Origin: Actinomycetota bacterium
GTDB lineage: Bacteria > Actinomycetota > UBA4738 > HRBIN12
Reading direction: 5' to 3'
Assembly: GCA_035711865.1 (NCBI GenBank)
Contig: DASTBT010000129.1
Coordinates: forward strand, 10,343-74,342
Length of the DNA: 64,000 bases
Position numbers and translations under genes: made by a program. Positions 36,356 to 46,088 of this stretch are shown in pieces (position 1 is the first letter of the stretch; each line of letters opens with the position of its first letter). Below the pieces are notes generated by a model. That model searched no databases, was not told where the DNA came from, and worked only from the letters and a program-made list of their open reading frames with translations.

Positions 36356-36724
36356 ATGCGGTACGAGTTCGATCGAGACGGCACCGTCGTCGCCAGCGTG
36401 CTGTGGGAGGGCCCCGGCCAGGTGAGCGTCGAGTCGGCCGAGCCCTCGACCCGCGCCGTGGTCGACCGGTACCTGGCCTCCGACGTGGTGTACCTGGGCT
36501 CGGGGTTCGACTTCGGGGCCGAGCAGGAGCAGGACGTGCTGCAGATGCGCCGGCGCGACTGGACCCCCTGGGAGTTCGAGCGCGCCTGTCGCAACCTGGC
36601 GCACCGGCTGCAGGCGCGCGTTCGCCGGGTCGAGACCGGCCCGGTCGAAGAGGCGGTCGCGCCTCGCGGCGCGCGCGCAGAGGAGGCAGCGCCCACCGGC
36701 GCCCGTGGTGGTGGGGCGCGATGA
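36356..36724 (+). CDS. hypothetical 122-aa protein, first cistron of the ilv operon
   Basis: AAGGAG (36344-36349) lies 6 nt before the ATG. Almost every third position is G/C. The stop overlaps the ilvB ATG (ATGA at 36721-36724). No family recognised. Confidence 0.65.
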   Translation: MRYEFDRDGTVVASVLWEGPGQVSVESAEPSTRAVVDRYLASDVVYLGSGFDFGAEQEQDVLQMRRRDWTPWEFERACRNLAHRLQARVRRVETGPVEEAVAPRGARAEEAAPTGARGGGAR

Positions 36725-38472
36725 CCAAGATGTCCGGCGCCGACGCGCTGCTGAAGGCGCTCGGGCAGGAAGGCGTCGACACGATCTTCGGCATCCCCGG
36801 CGGCGCGAGCATGCCGATCTACGACCCGCTGGTCGACCGTTCCCCAATCCGCCACATCCTGTGCCGGCACGAGCAGGGCGCGGGACATGCGGCCGAAGGC
36901 TACGCATGGGCCACCGGCAAGGTCGGCGTCTGCATGGCCACGAGCGGTCCGGGCGCGACGAACCTGGTCACGCCGTTGGCCGACGCGAAGATGGACTCCG
37001 TGCCGATCGTGGCGATCACGGGCCAGGTGCCGACGCCGGTGGTGGGCAACGACGCGTTCCAGGAAGCCGACATCACCGGCATCACGATGCCGGTCACCAA
37101 GCACAACTTCCTCGTGACCGATCCGGCCGACATCGTCCCGACGGTGCGCGAGGCCTTCCACATCGCCTCGACGGGTCGCCCCGGACCGGTCCTGATCGAC
37201 CTGCCCAAGGACGTGCTGCTGGCGGACACCACCTACCGCTGGCCCGACCACGTCTCGATCCCGGGTTACAAGCCGACGACGAAGGGCAACCAGCGCCAGG
37301 TCGTCGAGGCCGTGAAGATGATCCTGAAGGCCAAGCGGCCGGTCCTGTACGTCGGCGGGGGCGTGATCAAGGCCGACGCGGGCCGGGAGCTCTTCGATCT
37401 GGCGACGACCGGGCGGCTGCCGGTCGTCACGACGCTGATGGCGCGCGGCGCGTTCCCCGACTCGCACGAGCTCTGCCTCGGCATGCCGGGCATGCACGGC
37501 AACTACACGGCGGTGACGTCGCTGCAGAAGGCCGACCTGCTGGTCGCGCTCGGATCGAGGTTCGACGATCGCGTGACGGGCAAGCTCGACGCGTTCGCGC
37601 CGCATGCGAAGGTGATCCACGTCGACATCGACCCGGCCGAGATCGGGAAGAACCGCGTGGCCGACGTGCCGATCGTGGGCGACTGCAAGGACGTGATCGG
37701 CAAACTCGCGGCAGAGCTCCGCAAGCGCCAGGACGAGGCCGGCGGCGTGCCCGATCGGTCCGCGTGGCTGGGGCAGCTGCATCAGTGGCAGGAGTCGTTC
37801 CCGTATCGCTACCCGACCGACGACGGGAAACTGAAGCCGCAGTACTGCGTCGAGCGGCTGCACGCGCTCGCCGGCGCCGACACGATCTGCGTCGCGGGGG
37901 TCGGTCAGCACCAGATGTACGCGTCGCAGTACTGGCGGTTCGAGCACCCGCGGCGCTGGATCAACTCGGGAGGGCTCGGCACGATGGGCTTCGCCGTGCC
38001 GGCGGCGATGGGCGCGAAGGCCGGCCGCCCCGACATGCGCGTGGTCGCGATCGACGGTGACGGGTGCTTCCAGATGACGGCGCAGGAGCTCGCGACGAGC
38101 GCCACCGAACGGATCCCGTTCGTGACGGCGATCCTCAACAACGGCTACCTCGGCATGGTTCGCCAATGGCAGGAGTTGTTCTTCGACGAACGGTACTCGG
38201 GCGTTTGGCTCGACCCCAACGTTCCCGACTACGTGAAGCTCGCCGAGGCATACGGCGCCGTCGGCCTGCGGGTCGAGTCGCCCGACGAGGTCGACAACGC
38301 GATCGAGAAGGCGTACTCGATCACCGATCGATCGGTCGTGATCGACTTCCGCATCGATCCCGCGGAGATGGTGTTCCCGATGGTGCCGGCCGGCGGCTCG
38401 AACGACGACATCATCCTCGGGCCGGAGAGCATCGAGCCGGCCGACGATCCGCAGGAGGCACCGATCGCATGA
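36721..38472 (+). CDS. ilvB: acetolactate synthase large subunit
   Basis: ATG at 36721 inside ORF 36328..38472. [29 protein letters not shown]-terminus and ThDP motif [17 protein letters not shown]...DGDGCFQMT. Confidence 0.95.
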   Translation: MTKMSGADALLKALGQEGVDTIFGIPGGASMPIYDPLVDRSPIRHILCRHEQGAGHAAEGYAWATGKVGVCMATSGPGATNLVTPLADAKMDSVPIVAITGQVPTPVVGNDAFQEADITGITMPVTKHNFLVTDPADIVPTVREAFHIASTGRPGPVLIDLPKDVLLADTTYRWPDHVSIPGYKPTTKGNQRQVVEAVKMILKAKRPVLYVGGGVIKADAGRELFDLATTGRLPVVTTLMARGAFPDSHELCLGMPGMHGNYTAVTSLQKADLLVALGSRFDDRVTGKLDAFAPHAKVIHVDIDPAEIGKNRVADVPIVGDCKDVIGKLAAELRKRQDEAGGVPDRSAWLGQLHQWQESFPYRYPTDDGKLKPQYCVERLHALAGADTICVAGVGQHQMYASQYWRFEHPRRWINSGGLGTMGFAVPAAMGAKAGRPDMRVVAIDGDGCFQMTAQELATSATERIPFVTAILNNGYLGMVRQWQELFFDERYSGVWLDPNVPDYVKLAEAYGAVGLRVESPDEVDNAIEKAYSITDRSVVIDFRIDPAEMVFPMVPAGGSNDDIILGPESIEPADDPQEAPIA

Positions 38473-38999
38473 ACGGCGTGCGGCTGCACACGATCTCGGT
38501 GCTGGTCGAGGACCGTCCCGGCGTGCTCACTCGCGTCGCTGGGCTCTTCGCGGCCCGCGGGTACAACATCGACTCGCTCGCGGTCGGCCCGACCGAGACG
38601 CCCGGCATCTCGCGCATGACGATCGTCGTCAACGTCGACGAGAGCCCCCTGGAGCAGGTCACGAAGCAGCTCAACAAGCTGGTCAACGTGATCAAGATCC
38701 TCGAGCACGACCCGGGCACCGCGGTCGAGCGCGAGCTGATGCTCGTGAAGGTGCGGGCCGAGGGTGACGCGAGAGCGCGGATCATGGAGCTCGCCGACGT
38801 CTTCCGCGTCGGCATCATCGACGTGACGGCGTCGACGCTCACGGTCGAGGCCAGCGGCGGGCCGGAGAAGCTCGAGGCGTTGCGGGAGCTGCTGAGCGGG
38901 TTCGGCATCGTGGAGCTCTCACGCACCGGGCGCATCGCGCTCGCGCGCGGCGAGCGTGGCATCAGGGAACGGGTGTTGAAGTCGGCGAAGGCCGGCTAG
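38469..38999 (+). CDS. ilvN: acetolactate synthase small (regulatory) subunit
   Basis: ATGA overlap with ilvB. ACT domain [35 protein letters not shown]. Confidence 0.95.
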   Translation: MNGVRLHTISVLVEDRPGVLTRVAGLFAARGYNIDSLAVGPTETPGISRMTIVVNVDESPLEQVTKQLNKLVNVIKILEHDPGTAVERELMLVKVRAEGDARARIMELADVFRVGIIDVTASTLTVEASGGPEKLEALRELLSGFGIVELSRTGRIALARGERGIRERVLKSAKAG

Positions 39000-39045
39000 T
39001 CCGCAACAGACGGGAAGCGGGGCGTCCGAGAGGAGACCGAGCGAG

Positions 39046-40059
39046 ATGGCGACGATCTATTACGAGGAAGACACCGACCCGGGGGTGCTCGCCGATCAGA
39101 AGATCGCCGTGCTCGGGTTCGGTTCGCAGGGGCACGCACACGCCCAGAACATGCAGGATTCCGGGCTCGACGTTCGTGTCGGGCTGCGCCCGGGTTCGGC
39201 GAGCAGGAAGCAGGCTGGAGATGCCGGCCTGCGCGTGCTCGACACCACCGCCGCCGTCGCCGAGGCCGACGTGGTCATGTGCCTGCTGCCCGACACCGCC
39301 CACGGCGCCGTGTACGAGGCCGACATCGCGCCGAACCTGAAGGACGGCGACATGCTGATGTTCGCCCACGGCTTCTCGATCCATTTCGGCACGGTGCAGC
39401 CTCCGGGCGGCGTCGACGTGACGATGATCGCGCCGAAGGCTCCGGGCCATCTCGTGCGGCGAACCTACGTCGAGGGCAACGGCACGCCGGGGCTGGTCGC
39501 GGTGCATCAGGACGCGACAGGCAAGGCGAAGGCACGTGCGCTCGCCTACGGCGCGGCCATCGGATGCGCGAAACCGGGCATCATCGAGACCACGTTCACC
39601 GAAGAGACCGAGACAGACCTGTTCGGTGAGCAGACGGTGCTCTGCGGCGGGGTCAGCGAGCTGATCCGCAACGGGTTCGAGACGCTGGTCGAGGCGGGCT
39701 ACCAGCCCGAGATCGCCTATTTCGAGTGTCTGCACGAGCTGAAGCTGATCGTCGACCTCGTATACGAGGGCGGTCTCTCGTGGATGCGCTACTCGGTGAG
39801 CGACACCGCCGAGTGGGGCGACTACCAGAGCGGGAAGCGCGTGATCGACGACCACGCGCGCGAGCAGATGCGGCAGATCCTCGCCGAGGTCCAGGACGGC
39901 ACGTTCGCGAGGAAGTGGATCGCCGAGGCCGACGGCGGCTTCGAGGAGTTCCTCCGACTTCGAGGCGCGGCGCAGACGTCCCAGCTCGAGCAGGTGGGGC
40001 GGCAGCTGCGCCAGATGATGCCCTGGTTGGAGAGCGAGCAGAAGGTGCCACCGTCATGA
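39046..40059 (+). CDS. ilvC: ketol-acid reductoisomerase
   Basis: [21 protein letters not shown] motif. 337 aa class I KARI. GAGAGGAG SD upstream. Confidence 0.95.
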   Translation: MATIYYEEDTDPGVLADQKIAVLGFGSQGHAHAQNMQDSGLDVRVGLRPGSASRKQAGDAGLRVLDTTAAVAEADVVMCLLPDTAHGAVYEADIAPNLKDGDMLMFAHGFSIHFGTVQPPGGVDVTMIAPKAPGHLVRRTYVEGNGTPGLVAVHQDATGKAKARALAYGAAIGCAKPGIIETTFTEETETDLFGEQTVLCGGVSELIRNGFETLVEAGYQPEIAYFECLHELKLIVDLVYEGGLSWMRYSVSDTAEWGDYQSGKRVIDDHAREQMRQILAEVQDGTFARKWIAEADGGFEEFLRLRGAAQTSQLEQVGRQLRQMMPWLESEQKVPPS

Positions 40060-41639
40060 GCGACAGCGACGTATCCACCGGCAACGTATCCACCGCCGCA
40101 GCATCGGGCGGCGACGTCAGGATCTTCGACACCACCCTGCGCGACGGGGAGCAGGCTCCCGGCATCGCGCTCACGAAGGCCGAGAAGGTCGAGATCGCCG
40201 AGCAGCTCGCGCGGCTGAACGTCGACATCCTCGAGGCCGGGTTCCCGATCTCATCGCCCGGCGAGTTCGAGGCGGTCGCCGAGATCGCGTCGACCGTGAA
40301 GGGGCCCGTGATCGCCGCGCTCGCGCGCACCGCGACCGGCGACATCGAGCGCGCGGCCGAGGCGCTCAAGGGTGCGGATCGCTGGCGCATCCACACGTTC
40401 ATCTCCACGAGCGACGTGCAGCGCGAGTCGATGCTCCGGATGAGCCCCGGTCAGGTGCTCGAGGCGATCCGCGAGAACGTCGCGCTCGCCAAGACGTACA
40501 CCGACGACGTGGAGTTCTCCGCCCAGGACGCGACCCGCACACCGCTCGAGTTCCTGCTCGAGTGCTTCCGGCTCGCCGTCGAGTGCGGAGCCACCACGAT
40601 CAACGTGCCCGACACGGTCGGGTACGCCACCCCCACCGAGTTCGGTGAACTGATCCGGATCGTGCGCGACCAGACACCCGACGACGTCGTGATCTCGACC
40701 CACTGCCACAACGACCTCGGGCTGGCGGTGGCGAACTCGCTCGCCGGCATCGAGCACGGCGCCGGCCAGGTCGAGGTGGCGGTCAACGGCATCGGCGAGC
40801 GAGCCGGCAACTGTTCGCTCGAGGAGATCGCGATGGTCGTGCGCACGCGCGGGCAGGCGCTCGGACGCTCGCACGACCTGAACGTCAACGAGATCGTCCG
40901 CACCTCGCGGCTGGTCGCGATGACCACGGGCTACAACGTGCAGCCGAACAAGGCGGTCGTGGGCTCGAGCGCGTTCGCGCACGAGAGCGGCATCCACCAG
41001 CACGGCGTGCTGAGCAACCGCGCCACCTACGAGATCATGGACCCCGTCGAGATCGGGCTCGAGGGCAACGCGCTCGTGTTGGGTAAGCACTCCGGCCGTC
41101 ATGCGTTCGTCGACGCACTCGACAAGATCGGCATCACGCTCGACGACGACCATCTGAACCGGGCGTTCGCGCGGTTCAAGGACCTGGCCGATCGCAAGGT
41201 GCAGATCACCGACCAGGACCTCGCGGCGATCGTCGCCGAGGAGCTCGGCGCGACCGACGAGGACGTGCTCGTGATGGAGTCGCTGCAGATGGACGGCGGC
41301 ACCGACCGGGAGCCGAAGGTCACGGTGCGCCTGCGACGAGGCGAGGAGGTGATCGAGCGATCCGCGACGGGCGACGGCCTCATCGATTCCGCGATGGGCG
41401 CGATCCAGCAGGCCGCCGGCGTCGACGGCCGACTCGTGAACTTCCACGTCTCGAGCGTGACCGAGGGCACCGACGCGTTGGGTGACGTCGTCGTGCAGAT
41501 CGACGTCGACGGGCGGCGGGTGACCGGGCGGGGCGTCGCGACCGACGTGGTCGAGGCGAGCGCGCGGGCGTACCTCTCCGCCGTCAACCGTGCCCTGCAG
41601 ATCACGGCCCAGACCGCCTCGAACGAGGAGACCCCGTGA
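40056..41639 (+). CDS. leuA: 2-isopropylmalate synthase
   Basis: ATG at 40056 (ATGA overlap with ilvC). [30 protein letters not shown], and a C-terminal LeuA dimerisation/regulatory domain. Confidence 0.9.
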   Translation: MSDSDVSTGNVSTAAASGGDVRIFDTTLRDGEQAPGIALTKAEKVEIAEQLARLNVDILEAGFPISSPGEFEAVAEIASTVKGPVIAALARTATGDIERAAEALKGADRWRIHTFISTSDVQRESMLRMSPGQVLEAIRENVALAKTYTDDVEFSAQDATRTPLEFLLECFRLAVECGATTINVPDTVGYATPTEFGELIRIVRDQTPDDVVISTHCHNDLGLAVANSLAGIEHGAGQVEVAVNGIGERAGNCSLEEIAMVVRTRGQALGRSHDLNVNEIVRTSRLVAMTTGYNVQPNKAVVGSSAFAHESGIHQHGVLSNRATYEIMDPVEIGLEGNALVLGKHSGRHAFVDALDKIGITLDDDHLNRAFARFKDLADRKVQITDQDLAAIVAEELGATDEDVLVMESLQMDGGTDREPKVTVRLRRGEEVIERSATGDGLIDSAMGAIQQAAGVDGRLVNFHVSSVTEGTDALGDVVVQIDVDGRRVTGRGVATDVVEASARAYLSAVNRALQITAQTASNEETP

Positions 41640-42691
41640 CGCGTGGCTACCGCGTCGGTGTGATCCGTGGCGACGGCACCGGGCCCGAGGTCGTCGCGGA
41701 AGGGCTGAAGGTGCTCGAGGCCGTGCGCGGCGAGGCGGCATTCGACCTCGTCGAGTTCGACCTCGGCGCGGAGCGCTACCTCCGGACGGGCGACACCCTG
41801 CCCGACGACGAGCTCGAGCAGCTCCGAGAGCTCGACGCGGTGTTCCTCGGGGCGGTCGGCGACCCGCGCGTGAAGCCCGGGGTGCTCGAGCGGGACCTGT
41901 TGCTGAAGGCTCGGTTCGGGCTCGACCAGTACGTGAACCTCCGTCCGATCGTGCGCTACCCAGGCGTGGAGACGCTCGTGCCCAGCCACACCGAGGACGC
42001 CGTGAACATGGTCGTGGTCCGGGAGAACAGCGAGGGGCTCTACAGCGGAGCGGGCGGCTTCCATCGGAAGGGAACCGAGCACGAGGTGGCCGTGCAGGAA
42101 TCGATCAACACGCGCCACGGGGTGGAGCGCATCGTGCGCTACGCGTTCGAGCTCTCGAGGCAGCCGTACCGCCGCAGGAAGCTCACACTGGTGCACAAGA
42201 CGAACGTGCTCACGTTCGCGGGCGACCTCTACCAGCGGGTGCTCGACGAGCTCGCGGAAGAGTTCCCGGACGTCGAGACCGACTACGTGCACGTCGACGC
42301 GGCGTGCATCTACCTGCTCGACAGCCCCGGCAGGTTCGACGTGATCGTCACCGACAACATGTTCGGCGACATCATCACCGACCTCGGTGCGATGATCCAA
42401 GGAGGCATGGGCATCGCCGCAGGTGGGAACATCAACCCCGAGGGCGTGTCGATGTTCGAGCCCATCGGGGGCACCGCGCCCAGCGAGGCGGGCAAGGGCA
42501 CGATCAATCCCCTCGCCGCGATCGGAGCCCTCGAGATGCTGCTGCGCCAGCTGGGCGAGACGGATCCGGCTGATCGCGTCGACCGGGGCATCCGGTCGGC
42601 GACGCAGCGGATGAAGTCGATGCGCGCCGGCGAGATGGGCTTCACGACGGCCGAGGTGGGCGACCTCGTGGTCGACGGAGCGAGCACGTGA
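41636..42691 (+). CDS. leuB: 3-isopropylmalate dehydrogenase
   Basis: GTGA overlap with leuA. Actinobacterial LeuB pattern ([43 protein letters not shown]). Confidence 0.9.
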   Translation: MTRGYRVGVIRGDGTGPEVVAEGLKVLEAVRGEAAFDLVEFDLGAERYLRTGDTLPDDELEQLRELDAVFLGAVGDPRVKPGVLERDLLLKARFGLDQYVNLRPIVRYPGVETLVPSHTEDAVNMVVVRENSEGLYSGAGGFHRKGTEHEVAVQESINTRHGVERIVRYAFELSRQPYRRRKLTLVHKTNVLTFAGDLYQRVLDELAEEFPDVETDYVHVDAACIYLLDSPGRFDVIVTDNMFGDIITDLGAMIQGGMGIAAGGNINPEGVSMFEPIGGTAPSEAGKGTINPLAAIGALEMLLRQLGETDPADRVDRGIRSATQRMKSMRAGEMGFTTAEVGDLVVDGAST

Positions 42692-44292
42692 ACGAGAACG
42701 GCGAACGCGGCGGCGACCGCGCGGTCGAGCTCTACGACACGACCCTGCGCGATGGCGCGCAGCAGGCCGACCTGTCGTACACGATCGAGGATCGGCTGCG
42801 CATCCTGCACAAGCTCGACCAGGTCGGCTTCCCGTACGTCGAGGGCGGTTGGCCTGGCGCGAACCCACGGGATACCGAGTTCTTCGAGCTCGCCACGCGA
42901 GAGACGCTGAAGACCAGCACGCTTACCGCGTTCGGCATGACCCGACGGGCGGGGGAGCGACCCGACGACTCGCAGGTGTTGCGGCACCTGCTCGACGCTG
43001 GCACCGAGGTGGTCTGCCTCGTCGGCAAGTCGTGGGACCTGCACGTGACCGAGGCGCTGCGCACCGACCTCGCCGAAGGCGTCGCCATGGTGCGGGAATC
43101 GGTCGAGTTCCTTCGGGCGCAGGGGCGACGGGTCTTCTTCGACGCCGAGCACTTCTTCGACGGGTTCCGCAGCGACCCGGGGTTCGCGATGGCCGTGCTC
43201 GCCGCGGCCGAGGAAGCGGGCGCTGAGCGGCTCGTGCTCTGCGACACGAACGGCGGCATGCTGCCGTTCGACATCGGTCGAGTGGTCGGCGAGGTGGAGG
43301 CGCAGGCGAGCGTGCCCCTCGGGATCCACGTGCACAACGACGCCGGATGCGCGGTGGCGAACTCGCTCGTGGCGGTCGACGCCGGCGTGATGCAGGTGCA
43401 GGGCACGATCAACGGCTACGGCGAACGTACGGGCAACGCCGACCTGATCCCGCTCACGGCCGATCTCGTGCTCAAGATGGGCGCGACGGACGCGCTTCCC
43501 GATGGAGCGGTCGAGCACCTCACCGAGCTCGCGCATTACGTCGCCGAGATCGCGAACCTCGCGCCCGATTCACGGCAGCCGTACTCGGGGCGCTACGCGT
43601 TCACACACAAGGCCGGGCTCCACACGAGCGGCGTCGCCCGGGTTTCCCGCGCCTACGAGCACGTTCAGCCCGAGACGGTGGGGAATCGTCGCGGCGTCGT
43701 GGCTTCGGACTACGGCGGTGGCGCCACGATCCGCATGAAGGCGATGGAGCTCGCGCTCGAGCTCGACGACGCCGCGATCCCCACGGTGGTCGAGCAGATC
43801 AAGCAGAGGGAATCACGTGGCTATGCGTTCGACGTGGCGGAGGCCTCGCTCGAGTTGCTGATGCGGCGGGCCGCAGGCTGGTCCCAGCCGTTCTTCGCGA
43901 TCGAGAGCTACCGCGTCCACGTCGAGGAACGCGTCGGCGACGACGAGCAGCCGCTGGCGGAGGCGACCGTGAAGGTTCGCACGAACGGCACCCGGCACAT
44001 CGAGTCGGCCGAGGGCCAAGGGCCGGTCGACGCTCTCGACACCGCCCTGCGGAAGGCGCTCGCGAACGACTACCCCGCACTCGACCAGATGGCGCTCGAG
44101 GACTTCCGGGTGCGGGTGCTCTCCGGGGCGCATGGGACCGCAGCCGTCGTCCGGGTGTTGATCGACCTCACGAACGGCGAGCGCGAGTGGACCACGGTCG
44201 GGGTGAGCGAGAACATCATCGAGGCCTCGTGGGAGGCGCTCGTCGACGGATACACGTTCGGCCTGCTGCACCCACGATCGCTCGAGGCGTAG
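42688..44292 (+). CDS. cimA: citramalate synthase-type LeuA paralogue
   Basis: GTGA overlap with leu[13 protein letters not shown] and [16 protein letters not shown], typical of the LeuA_rel/CimA subgroup. C-terminal LeuA-dimer domain. Confidence 0.8.
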   Translation: MNENGERGGDRAVELYDTTLRDGAQQADLSYTIEDRLRILHKLDQVGFPYVEGGWPGANPRDTEFFELATRETLKTSTLTAFGMTRRAGERPDDSQVLRHLLDAGTEVVCLVGKSWDLHVTEALRTDLAEGVAMVRESVEFLRAQGRRVFFDAEHFFDGFRSDPGFAMAVLAAAEEAGAERLVLCDTNGGMLPFDIGRVVGEVEAQASVPLGIHVHNDAGCAVANSLVAVDAGVMQVQGTINGYGERTGNADLIPLTADLVLKMGATDALPDGAVEHLTELAHYVAEIANLAPDSRQPYSGRYAFTHKAGLHTSGVARVSRAYEHVQPETVGNRRGVVASDYGGGATIRMKAMELALELDDAAIPTVVEQIKQRESRGYAFDVAEASLELLMRRAAGWSQPFFAIESYRVHVEERVGDDEQPLAEATVKVRTNGTRHIESAEGQGPVDALDTALRKALANDYPALDQMALEDFRVRVLSGAHGTAAVVRVLIDLTNGEREWTTVGVSENIIEASWEALVDGYTFGLLHPRSLEA

Positions 44293-44296
44293 ACAC

Positions 44297-44812
44297 GTGG
44301 CGATCACGATCCGAGAGGCCGTGATCGAGGACGCGGCCGCGATCGCCGAGGTGCACGTGGCTTCCTGGAGGTGGGCGTACGACGAGCTCCTTCCAGCCGA
44401 GACGCTCGACGGGCTCGACATCGCCGAGCGGGAAGCCGGCTGGTTCGACGTGCTCGCATCCGAGGATCCTCGCGATCGCGTCATGGTGGCCGAGGGGGGG
44501 AACGGCCTGGTGGGCTTCGCCCACATCGGCGCGACCCGTGACGACGACGCCCCGGCCGGAACCGGCGAGCTGTTCGCGATCTACCTCGCTGAGCACGAAG
44601 CCGGCTCGGGTCTCGGGACGAGCCTGCTGGCGCGCTCGACGGAGGCGCTGCGCGACGAGGGCTTCGGGCGAGCGACACTGTGGGTGCTGAAGACGAATGA
44701 GCGCGCGAGGCGATTCCACGGACGAGAGGGCTGGAGATGGGACGGCACGACGAGCACACATCAGGTGCAGTGCGCCAACTTGCCGATCGTGCGCTACGAG
44801 CGAGAGCTCTGA
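44297..44812 (+). CDS. GNAT family N-acetyltransferase
   Basis: GTG 4 nt after the cimA stop. Acetyl-CoA motif (LFAIYLAEHEAGSGLGTSLL). Confidence 0.85.
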   Translation: MAITIREAVIEDAAAIAEVHVASWRWAYDELLPAETLDGLDIAEREAGWFDVLASEDPRDRVMVAEGGNGLVGFAHIGATRDDDAPAGTGELFAIYLAEHEAGSGLGTSLLARSTEALRDEGFGRATLWVLKTNERARRFHGREGWRWDGTTSTHQVQCANLPIVRYEREL

Positions 44813-44871
44813 GCCGCTTCCTATCCCAGCGCGGCGTTGGCCGCTTCCTATCCCAGCGCGGCGTTGGCCGC
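44813..44871. repeat. 2 x 27-bp perfect tandem repeat plus 5-nt partial third copy (GCCGCTTCCTATCCCAGCGCGGCGTTG)
   Basis: Copies at 44813-44839 and 44840-44866, then GCCGC at 44867-44871. Copy 2 carries the last codons and stop (CTA 44848-44850) of the PBP4 gene on the minus strand. Copy 1 is a downstream duplicate that starts immediately after the GNAT stop. Confidence 0.9.
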
Positions 44872-46041
44872 GACCGCACGGACGATCTTGTTCTCGATCT
44901 GCTTCGCGGTGGTCGTGCTCATCCCGCTGGACAGGATCGAGAATGCGGCCCACGCCCGTTCCCGCCTCAGCCACACCCATCCCGAGAGCGCCGACACCTC
45001 GATCAGCGTGCCGGTCTTCGCGCGCACCGTGACCTTCTTCAGCCGGCCCTCGAGCGTTCCCTCGCCACCGGCGGCCAGGGTGCTGCGCAACACATCGCCC
45101 CACGGGGCACCCTCGGCGACGCGCAGCAGGTGGACGATGTCATCGGCGCTCACCCGGTTGTGGTAGCTCAGGCCCGAGGCGTCGTTGGCGATCAGGCGCA
45201 CCCCGCGGGCGGCGGCGAACGCCTCGAGGGCGCGAGCGCCCTTCGCGATCGTGCCGGGCGAGCCGTATCGCTTCGCTCCGAGCAGCTTGCCGAGCACCTC
45301 CGCCCGGAAGTTGCTCGACACGACGTTCATCCGCCGCATGATCTGTCGGAGCGGGTCGCTTCGGATCGTGGCCAACCGAATCAGGCCGGGGGGCGTCCTC
45401 CCCGAGCCAGGCTTGGCCGTGACCCGGATGCCTCTGGCCTCGAGCTTCCGTGTGAGGGCCTTCGCGGCGAGGCGCTCGGGCTCGGCAACGTGCCGCCCGC
45501 CCGCTCGCTCGTTCGCACGGTGCGTCAACGCGGTGGGCAGCGCGATGTAGACGCGCGGAAAGTAGTCACGCCATCCCGGCGCCCACCAGTCCCGCGCGAA
45601 CGGCCCCGTCGCGCCGAGCACGCGCCCGCGCACCCGCTCGAGCCCGGTTCCCTCGAGCGCCGTGGCGAGGGCCGACATGTCACGCGCGCCGTTCTCCGGG
45701 TCGCCATGGCCGACGATCCACAGGTTCCCGTCGAGCACGCCGTCCGTGCCGACGCGCTCGGTGGCGAAGACCCGCGTGGGTATCGTGGCGTCCGCGCCCA
45801 CGCGTTCGAGCAACGCCATCGACAGCAACAGCTTCTCGTTGGATGCAGGCGGGCGTGAGACCCACGCCTTGTTCCGATAGAGCGACGTCCCTTCGACCGC
45901 GATCGCCACGGAGATTGGCCGGTCCCCCACGAGGCCGTTCACGCGTTGCACCCATCGCGGAGGGACCGCCGACGCCGGCGCCGCCAGGAGCAACACCGCG
46001 ACGCTCAGGACGATGACGAGCGCGAGTCGCCGGGAAAGCAT
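44848..46041 (-). CDS. D-alanyl-D-alanine carboxypeptidase/endopeptidase (PBP4, peptidase S13), second copy
   Basis: ATG at 46041 (MLSRRLALVIVLSVAVLLLAAPASA signal). SxxK in PPASNEKLLLSMALL. KTGTL motif. Confidence 0.85.
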   Translation of the reverse strand: MLSRRLALVIVLSVAVLLLAAPASAVPPRWVQRVNGLVGDRPISVAIAVEGTSLYRNKAWVSRPPASNEKLLLSMALLERVGADATIPTRVFATERVGTDGVLDGNLWIVGHGDPENGARDMSALATALEGTGLERVRGRVLGATGPFARDWWAPGWRDYFPRVYIALPTALTHRANERAGGRHVAEPERLAAKALTRKLEARGIRVTAKPGSGRTPPGLIRLATIRSDPLRQIMRRMNVVSSNFRAEVLGKLLGAKRYGSPGTIAKGARALEAFAAARGVRLIANDASGLSYHNRVSADDIVHLLRVAEGAPWGDVLRSTLAAGGEGTLEGRLKKVTVRAKTGTLIEVSALSGWVWLRRERAWAAFSILSSGMSTTTAKQIENKIVRAVAANAALG

Positions 46042-46088
46042 CGGAACAGGGTACGAGGTGACCGGAAGCGTGCCACGTGGCCGACGGT

